Below are positions 4,870 to 10,880 of a stretch of DNA of 12,955 bases, piece after piece (the first letter of the stretch is position 1; every line of letters begins with the position of its first letter). Position numbers and translations under genes: made by a program. The notes under the pieces are model-generated. The model saw only the letters and a list, made by a program, of their open reading frames with translations, searched no databases and was not told the DNA's origin. Origin of the DNA: a virus; IMG/VR virus record IMGVR_UViG_3300027746_001082. The stretch is one strand, 5' to 3'.

Positions 4870-5840
4870 TTAGTAAAAATATGGTGCTACAAAAACTAGC
4901 ACCTTTTAATAATTTTAAAAAAGTATTAATAGAGGATCAAAATACTGGTGATATTATACAAGGCATTTTAGATAATCATAATAACTACGAAAAAGAGTAT
5001 GATAAGATTAGCGAAATGTTTATTGATGATAATGAAGTAGAAACGGCAAAAAATGTTTTTGAATTTTTAAAACAGAATGTACCTTATTATGTTGAGCCTA
5101 TTGAAAAACAAACTTTAAGAAGTCCTAGTGCTATTATAAGTATAAAAGAGGGTGCAGACTGCAAAAGTTACGCTAGCTTTATTAACGGCATTATGAGTTC
5201 TTTAAATAGAAAAGGAATATTTAAAGTACCACTAGCTTACCGATTTGCTAGTTATAGATATGATACAAGAGAACCCCAGCACGTTTTTAGTGTATTATAT
5301 CCTTCTACTAAAAATGAGGTTTGGGTAGATCCAGTATTAAACAAATTTGATCAAAGAAAGGAACCAGTATTTATAAAAGATAAAAAAATTAAAATGGCAC
5401 TAATAGCTATGTCTGGAACGGCAAATCAATCAACGGCAACTTTACAAGATATGCAAAATTACCGCGATAAATTAGTAGGTTTAAAAAATAAATATTTGAA
5501 TAGTGGTGTAATTACGCCAGGTAGTCAAGAGGAAAATCAATATATTATGGCAATAGATAAAGTAACAAAATGTATTCAAATGGCAAGTATTAACGGAGTT
5601 CCAAATATTAGTGGAATGTTTGACGGAGAAAGTAGTAGTAGTGGTGGTATTGATTGGAATAATATATTTGGAAAACTAATTGATACTGGTGCAAATTTAA
5701 TAAATCGTAATCAGTCTAGTAGTGGTGGTGGTTTTATTCCACCAATTCCAAAAGATGAAACTAAAGGAATTAACACTAATACATTGTTATTAATAGGTGC
5801 TGGTGGTTTAGTATTATATTTAATACTTAGAAAAAAATAA
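4866..5840 (+). CDS. Transglutaminase-like cysteine peptidase-fold protein with a C-terminal TM anchor
   Basis: EGADC(99)KSYASFINGIM...PQH(139)VFSVLY...EVWVD(155)PVL reproduces the Cys-His-Asp order and spacing of the transglutaminase-like core. Ser/Gly linkers follow, then the terminal LLLIGAGGLVLYLILRKK. The ATGA start overlaps the previous stop. Confidence 0.6.
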   Translation: MISKNMVLQKLAPFNNFKKVLIEDQNTGDIIQGILDNHNNYEKEYDKISEMFIDDNEVETAKNVFEFLKQNVPYYVEPIEKQTLRSPSAIISIKEGADCKSYASFINGIMSSLNRKGIFKVPLAYRFASYRYDTREPQHVFSVLYPSTKNEVWVDPVLNKFDQRKEPVFIKDKKIKMALIAMSGTANQSTATLQDMQNYRDKLVGLKNKYLNSGVITPGSQEENQYIMAIDKVTKCIQMASINGVPNISGMFDGESSSSGGIDWNNIFGKLIDTGANLINRNQSSSGGGFIPPIPKDETKGINTNTLLLIGAGGLVLYLILRKK

Positions 5841-6439
5841 TGGCATATTATACTAATTATATAGGTTATAAACAAATAGGTTTTGGTGAAGCCACATTGG
5901 CAACTGGTGGTGCTGCTTTTCCAATCACGGCAGTGATAGATGGTGCAATAGCATTATTGCCTATATTAATACCTTGGATTGGTAATGCATTTAAACACCC
6001 AGCAAGAGACGCAAATAAATTAATAGATGGAATTAAAACACAATTAATTAATAGTGATCCAAGACAAAGATTAGCATTAGTATTAGCTACTGCAAATAGA
6101 ATTAGTCCAGCTGCTAGAGATGTATCTGCTGAAAAACTTTTTTTGTGGTATAAAAATACATATAATCAAGATTATAAGACTTTATCATTAGAAGATAAAG
6201 AATATTATAATAAGTTTTTACAAAATGCAATACAAACGCAAGCAGACGGAAACAATTTTTGGGCAAATTCTCGTAGAGCAATGTTTACAAATTCGGAATT
6301 AAATTATAATGCAAATCCAGTACAAACAATTACTAATACTGCAAGTAACATAATTACTAATTTAACACAAAGTCCAAGTAGTTTAATTTTATATACTGGT
6401 ATTGGACTAGGTTTATATTTAATATTAAAAAATAAATAA
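5840..6439 (+). CDS. Membrane protein (199 aa) with an N-proximal hydrophobic helix and a C-terminal anchor
   Basis: The helices are AAFPITAVIDGAIALLPILIPWIG and the C-terminal LILYTGIGLGLYLILKNK. There are TAATG start/stop overlaps at both ends. Confidence 0.65.
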   Translation: MAYYTNYIGYKQIGFGEATLATGGAAFPITAVIDGAIALLPILIPWIGNAFKHPARDANKLIDGIKTQLINSDPRQRLALVLATANRISPAARDVSAEKLFLWYKNTYNQDYKTLSLEDKEYYNKFLQNAIQTQADGNNFWANSRRAMFTNSELNYNANPVQTITNTASNIITNLTQSPSSLILYTGIGLGLYLILKNK

Positions 6440-6768
6440 TGAAAAAGGGAAATTTAATTTTTATTGTAGGTGGTTTAGGTTTACTTTATTACTATTATAT
6501 GCGTAATAAAAAAACTGCAATTTTACCACCAGCAACAATAATAAAGCCAAGCACTACAAATATAGCTAAGCCTACTTATCCAGAGGGGTTATTTGAATTA
6601 GATGTAGTGGCAAATGGAGTAGAAACTGCTCAATTATATCAAGGTCAATTAAGACCTTTAACGGCTGCTTATGTAGATCGTTATTTACCTAATAGCTGGG
6701 CAACTACTAAAATAATACCAGATATCGTATATAGAAGTATCCCTAGAGGTGCAGTTTTAGATATTTAA
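6439..6768 (+). CDS. Small membrane protein (109 aa) with an N-terminal TM
   Basis: The N-terminus is MKKGNLIFIVGGLGLLYYYYMRNKK, followed by a soluble domain. A TAATG overlap links it to the upstream gene. Confidence 0.65.
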   Translation: MKKGNLIFIVGGLGLLYYYYMRNKKTAILPPATIIKPSTTNIAKPTYPEGLFELDVVANGVETAQLYQGQLRPLTAAYVDRYLPNSWATTKIIPDIVYRSIPRGAVLDI

Positions 6769-6778
6769 AATTAAACAA

Positions 6779-7363
6779 ATGACACAAGCACAAAAAACTG
6801 CGAAAGCAAAATTTAAGCAAGCTATTGCTTATAGACAAAAGACTGGCGTTTCACTTAAAGAAGCGTTTGCACATATTTACGGAAAAAAGAAAGTAGGTGC
6901 AGTTAAGAAAAAATCGGCACCTAAAAAGAAAGCTGCTAAAAAAGTAGTTAAAAAGAAATATGGGTTAAACACTAAATTAGATAAGTTATATAGTGCAAAA
7001 AAACCAGGAAAGCGTGTAAGTAAAAGTGGTAAAACATATTACGAAAATAGAGAAAATCGTAGCGACAAAGGTAAAATGTATGGAGTAGTAAAAGCAAAAC
7101 CTACAATTATATCTTTAGCTAAAAAAATTGCAAGACAAACTGATTTAAATGAACATAATTTAGCAATATTATCATTAGCAAAATTTTTAAAAGCAAAAAA
7201 AGCAATAGAATTAATGAATAATGTAATTAAAATGCACGATAATTTTGGATATATGCCAAAAAATTTAATTGACATTAGAGATGAAATTTATGATACATTA
7301 ATGATGTTATTAAAATCAAAATACGGAGATATAGATTATAAAACAATACAAAATTCTTTTTAA
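6779..7363 (+). CDS. Lysine-rich histone H1-like DNA-binding candidate (194 aa)
   Basis: The basic tracts are GKKKVGAVKKKSAPKKKAAKKVVKKKYG and SAKKPGKRVSKSGKTYYENRENRSDKGK, followed by a helical C-terminal half. There is no TM segment. Confidence 0.55.
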   Translation: MTQAQKTAKAKFKQAIAYRQKTGVSLKEAFAHIYGKKKVGAVKKKSAPKKKAAKKVVKKKYGLNTKLDKLYSAKKPGKRVSKSGKTYYENRENRSDKGKMYGVVKAKPTIISLAKKIARQTDLNEHNLAILSLAKFLKAKKAIELMNNVIKMHDNFGYMPKNLIDIRDEIYDTLMMLLKSKYGDIDYKTIQNSF

Positions 7364-7404
7364 ATAAAAATTTTCTCATAAACAATAATTAAAAATCAAA
7401 CAAA

Positions 7405-7830
7405 ATGGCAAGAAGAAAAAGATCAACTAAAAAAAGTAGCTACCGCAGACGCAGAATGTCTGGTGTAGGTGCTATGGGTAGTCAAATTACTGGTGCATTA
7501 TATACAATCGCTGGTGCCGTTGCTGCTGGGGCAGTAACAAAATTTTTACCCGCAACTATGAACGATAAGCTAAAAGCAGCAGTTCCAGTAGTAGTAGGTA
7601 TTATGTTACCTAAATATTTAAAAGGCAATATCGGTCAAGGAATTGGTGCTGGTATGGTTGCAACTGGTGGGCTTAAATTAGTACAATCATTTGGAATCCT
7701 TAATGGAATCGGTGGTGGTTATGCTGGTTATCAAGTACCGCAAGTATCTGGATCATATAATAATGCTGGTTTAGTAGATACTAGCTATATGACACCTTCT
7801 ATTGCTGGTATGGACGAGGCGAATTGTTAA
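7405..7830 (+). CDS. Membrane protein with an arginine-rich N-terminus (141 aa)
   Basis: MARRKRSTKKSSYRRRRMSG is followed by Gly/Ala-rich hydrophobic helices: ITGALYTIAGAVAAGAV, AAVPVVVGIML and GIGAGMVATGGL. The leader is long and A-rich. Confidence 0.6.
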   Translation: MARRKRSTKKSSYRRRRMSGVGAMGSQITGALYTIAGAVAAGAVTKFLPATMNDKLKAAVPVVVGIMLPKYLKGNIGQGIGAGMVATGGLKLVQSFGILNGIGGGYAGYQVPQVSGSYNNAGLVDTSYMTPSIAGMDEANC

Positions 7831-7885
7831 TCTAACACATTTCACCTTTAATATAAATTTAATAAAAAATAAAAATTAAAAAACA

Positions 7886-8545
7886 ATGGCAACTCAAATG
7901 GGACAAAGAATGGTCTTTGAAAATGCAAAAGCATTAGTAAGAGGTCTAGGATATAGCGTAGATCAAGCAGTTCTTACGCAATCATATTTACGCAGTGAGG
8001 TAGCTTTATCTACTTCTATTGCAAACTATCATTTACCAGTATTAGTTAATGATACGCAAAATGGTGCCGTTCGCGTAAACGAACGTCGTCTAAATTTACA
8101 AGATATATTTGTGGCAAGTGAAATATCGGTATTAATTGGTGTTGGTTCTGCAACAAGCACAAAAGCACCATTATATACTTACCCTAATGGTGTAATATTT
8201 ACAAGTGCAACTGATGATGATTTATTGTCTATTTACAATGGTTCATTGAATTTAACAATTAACAATCAACAAGTATTACCAGCTTGGGACGTATATCGTC
8301 ATTACTATGTGCCACAAACACAAGGTGGTGTTGGTATTACTGCACAAACTATTTTCCCAGTAGACCAAAACGATGGTAGCGATAATGGATTTTATCCAGT
8401 AGAGCCAGGAATCGTATTCAATGGTGCTGCAAACATCAATTTCCAATTAACGGCAAATGGTGCACCAGCAACAATTTTAGCTAATAGTTTTATCTGCGTA
8501 ATTCAACGAGGCATTTTATTACAGAACGTCACAACGGTTAAGTAA
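7886..8545 (+). CDS. Major capsid protein candidate (219 aa; beta-rich, jelly-roll-like composition)
   Basis: The protein has no TM and is rich in V/T/N/Q/G with alternating strand-like segments: LRSEVALSTSIANYHLPVLV, RLNLQDIFVASEISVLIG, SLNLTINNQQVL, GIVFNGAANINFQLT and SFICVIQRGILLQN. It has its own 55-nt A-rich leader and is followed by a hairpin plus T-run. The call rests on position and composition only. Confidence 0.45.
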   Translation: MATQMGQRMVFENAKALVRGLGYSVDQAVLTQSYLRSEVALSTSIANYHLPVLVNDTQNGAVRVNERRLNLQDIFVASEISVLIGVGSATSTKAPLYTYPNGVIFTSATDDDLLSIYNGSLNLTINNQQVLPAWDVYRHYYVPQTQGGVGITAQTIFPVDQNDGSDNGFYPVEPGIVFNGAANINFQLTANGAPATILANSFICVIQRGILLQNVTTVK

Positions 8546-8602
8546 TTGATTATCAACTACTTGTAGTAAAAATATACTTTGGCGAAGTTAAACGCTACTG
8601 CC

Positions 8603-8629
8603 AGCGGTCAGTAACTACCGCTATTTTTT
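8603..8629 (+). terminator. Weak intrinsic terminator or attenuator after the capsid candidate
   Basis: AGCGGT (8603-8608) pairs with ACCGCT (8617-8622), with an 8-nt loop, then aTTTTTT (8624-8629). It lies in the largest intergenic gap of the plus operon, about 104 nt. Confidence 0.4.
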
Positions 8630-8649
8630 AAATTATTAAAAATAAAGAT

Positions 8650-9057
8650 ATGCGTATTAAAAGATACCAAGCAGTTGAGATTAATGTGCCAAGTGGAAGT
8701 ACACTAACTTTCTTTTCGTTCACTGATCAACCACAGCTAAGGAATGCTAAAATACAAGGTATTCAAGTATATACGCCTACTGCAATTACAAAAACGCCTT
8801 TAAGTGGTGCTACCCCAGTTACATTAGCAGACTTAAAGCAATCGTTTTTAACATTGTATCAAGGCGACTTACAAATTATATATAGATTACCATTGTTAGC
8901 ATTCAACAATATACAAGATTTAACAAGTCCAAGTGTTTGGGAATTACCAGAAATGAACGATATAGATATTAGTTGGACTAAAAGTAGTGTTACAACGGCA
9001 GCGGCATTAGCAACTACTGGTGTAACATATAGTTTCGGAATTTATTATTATTTATAA
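8650..9057 (+). CDS. Second small beta-rich structural candidate (135 aa; minor capsid, second jelly-roll or penton)
   Basis: The sequence is MRIKRYQAVEINVPSGSTLTFFSFTDQPQLRNAKIQGIQVYTP...LQIIYRLPLLAFNN...VTYSFGIYYYL. It has no TM and a strand-like periodicity, and lies directly after the capsid candidate. Confidence 0.4.
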   Translation: MRIKRYQAVEINVPSGSTLTFFSFTDQPQLRNAKIQGIQVYTPTAITKTPLSGATPVTLADLKQSFLTLYQGDLQIIYRLPLLAFNNIQDLTSPSVWELPEMNDIDISWTKSSVTTAAALATTGVTYSFGIYYYL

Positions 9058-9069
9058 TATAGTTTTATT

Positions 9070-9792
9070 ATGGCAGTTCAAAAAGCAATGACTACTGGAA
9101 CTAACGGAGTTATGGACTGGTTTGACAGAAATGCAACCAGTCCGTATTACTCGGTTTGTGAAATAATTAGTCCTACAAAAAAAGAGTTACTTTTTTCTTG
9201 TAATGAAGATAGCGTAGATAACGCTAGGCGAATATTAGAAGAAAATATATCTGCGTTTGAGCAAAACGGAGTTAATACTTTATATGCTTTAATCTTGCAC
9301 CCTAAAAAAGACAAGACTGGATATATTACTATGAATACGCCAAGCCACGCTATGCTAAAATTTAGACCAGCAGAATTAGAGCAACCAATCTACGGAGTAG
9401 GTGCCTATACTGGTGGTGGAAGCAATCGTTATGAAATGGAAAAAATAATGGAAAAGCTAAATTTATTGGAAAATAAACTAGCAATGGCAGAAGAAGAAGA
9501 AGATATTGTAGATACGCCAGTAAATCCATTAAACGCAATGCTTCATAATATGGCTGCAAATCCGCAAGTACAAGAGGCTTTAATTAGTGGTTTATTAGGT
9601 GTAGTAGGTGGTTTTTTAAATAATGGTAAACAAATGCAAGGCGTAGCTGGTATTAATGTAACTGCTGAAATTACAGAAGAATCATTGCAAATACTAGATA
9701 GCTTAATGAAAAAAGGTGTTAGTTTAGATCATCTAAGAAAATTAGATGCTATGCCTAATACTAAATTACAAAGTTTATTAATAATGTTATAA
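9070..9792 (+). CDS. Hypothetical structural/assembly protein (240 aa) with a central acidic coiled-coil-like stretch and one hydrophobic segment
   Basis: The coiled-coil-like stretch is YEMEKIMEKLNLLENKLAMAEEEEDIV and the hydrophobic segment is ALISGLLGVVGGFL. I recognise no family. Confidence 0.6.
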   Translation: MAVQKAMTTGTNGVMDWFDRNATSPYYSVCEIISPTKKELLFSCNEDSVDNARRILEENISAFEQNGVNTLYALILHPKKDKTGYITMNTPSHAMLKFRPAELEQPIYGVGAYTGGGSNRYEMEKIMEKLNLLENKLAMAEEEEDIVDTPVNPLNAMLHNMAANPQVQEALISGLLGVVGGFLNNGKQMQGVAGINVTAEITEESLQILDSLMKKGVSLDHLRKLDAMPNTKLQSLLIML

Positions 9793-10277
9793 TGGCAATA
9801 GATAAGCAAACACAAAAACTTTTATTATATGCTGCAATCGGTGGCGGTGCGTATTTTTTAATATTACGCCCATTACTTATTAAATTAGGTATTTTAAAGA
9901 GTCCTTTAGAATTACAGCAAGAGCAAAGCCAAAAAGAAAATATTGATAGCTATGTTAATAGTTCTTTGAAAATACAAACGCCAACTAAATCAAAAGGCGA
10001 ATGGCAAATTATTGCAGATCAAATATATAATGATCTAAAATTTAGTGGAATTGCTGACAATAAAAGTGATGCTGGTTCTCAAGTAGCAAGAGTTCAAAAT
10101 GATGCAGATGTCGCATTATTAATACAAATTTTTGGAATGAGGCAAGAAAGTTTTTTTGGAATCAATACTGGTGGATTGCAAAATTTACCACAATTTATTA
10201 TTGGTAATTTAAGCAAAAGTGATATAGCTAAGATTAACGATAATTATGCTAGAAAAAAAATAAAATTTAGGTTTTAA
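9792..10277 (+). CDS. Membrane protein (161 aa) with an N-terminal TM
   Basis: The TM is LLLYAAIGGGAYFLILRPLLI. A TAATG overlap links it to the upstream gene. Confidence 0.6.
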   Translation: MAIDKQTQKLLLYAAIGGGAYFLILRPLLIKLGILKSPLELQQEQSQKENIDSYVNSSLKIQTPTKSKGEWQIIADQIYNDLKFSGIADNKSDAGSQVARVQNDADVALLIQIFGMRQESFFGINTGGLQNLPQFIIGNLSKSDIAKINDNYARKKIKFRF

Positions 10278-10291
10278 CTAAAAAAAGAATT

Positions 10292-10579
10292 ATGAAAAAT
10301 AAAAGTACAATGTTATTAGTAGGTATTGGAATAGCTTATTTATTATACCGATTATATGCAAAAAAATCAATGGCACCAGTTAATACTGCAAGTGCTAAAC
10401 CAAATATATTAGATACAAACGATCATAATGTTGTAACTGCTCAATTACCTAATCAATTTTTAGTAGATTCTATTAATACGGCTGAACTTGTTGATATGCC
10501 ATCAATTTATCAAACTTATTATGGAAATACTAATGTAAGAATAAATGGTGCTATGTCAAAAGTACCTTCTACTTGCTAA
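10292..10579 (+). CDS. Small membrane protein (95 aa) with an N-terminal TM
   Basis: The N-terminus is MKNKSTMLLVGIGIAYLLYRLYAKK, followed by a soluble tail. Confidence 0.6.
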   Translation: MKNKSTMLLVGIGIAYLLYRLYAKKSMAPVNTASAKPNILDTNDHNVVTAQLPNQFLVDSINTAELVDMPSIYQTYYGNTNVRINGAMSKVPSTC

Positions 10580-10606
10580 CATTTTTAACCTTTAAAAAAT
10601 ATTAAT

Positions 10607-10879
10607 ATGAGTAATTTTACTTTAAAAGCTGGATATATTGAATATGATGTAAACTTTATTACTTATGATGTAAACGGATTTGTAACAACTAATTGTAATA
10701 GTATTACTTTTATTAATTACGGATCTAATCAAGTAACTATTGAAAGCGTTGTATTGCAACAAAATCAAAGTTTAGCAATAGATGGAAATGCTGGCGAAAT
10801 AATGCACAAACAATTTTTAGCAACCTTTAGTGGTGCTGGTACTAATAACTTAGTAACAATAAAGAAAAATTATTTATAA
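10607..10879 (+). CDS. Small beta-rich protein (90 aa); possible vertex or fibre-adaptor component
   Basis: The sequence is all strand-like: ITFINYGSNQVTIESVVL, SLAIDGNAGE and LVTIKKNYL. Its stop is 1 nt before the fibre gene ATG. The functional call rests on position only. Confidence 0.5.
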   Translation: MSNFTLKAGYIEYDVNFITYDVNGFVTTNCNSITFINYGSNQVTIESVVLQQNQSLAIDGNAGEIMHKQFLATFSGAGTNNLVTIKKNYL

Positions 10880-10880
10880 T

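Noticed and set aside
7039-7275. A 78-aa minus-strand ORF lies antisense inside the lysine-rich gene.
   Set aside because: It lies wholly within a better-supported plus-strand gene. Its Phe/Ile/Leu-rich low-complexity sequence is what the antisense of AAA/AAG-rich coding DNA yields. It has no independent start context.
7844-7851. The octamer ACCTTTAA occurs in the leaders of ORF 7886 (7844-7851) and ORF 10607 (10588-10595), and on the minus strand at 4181-4188. It could be a late promoter element.
   Set aside because: It is only 8 nt, and by my rough base-composition estimate about one copy is expected by chance on the two strands. Spacing to the starts is inconsistent (35 versus 12 nt). It is worth a motif scan in relatives but is not supportable here.
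9362-9559. A 65-aa minus-strand ORF lies antisense inside ORF 9070..9792.
   Set aside because: It is embedded in a longer plus-strand gene. Its Leu-rich repetitive sequence (LLLLLPLLVYF) is the mirror of the GAA/GAG-rich acidic stretch on the sense strand. It is probably spurious.
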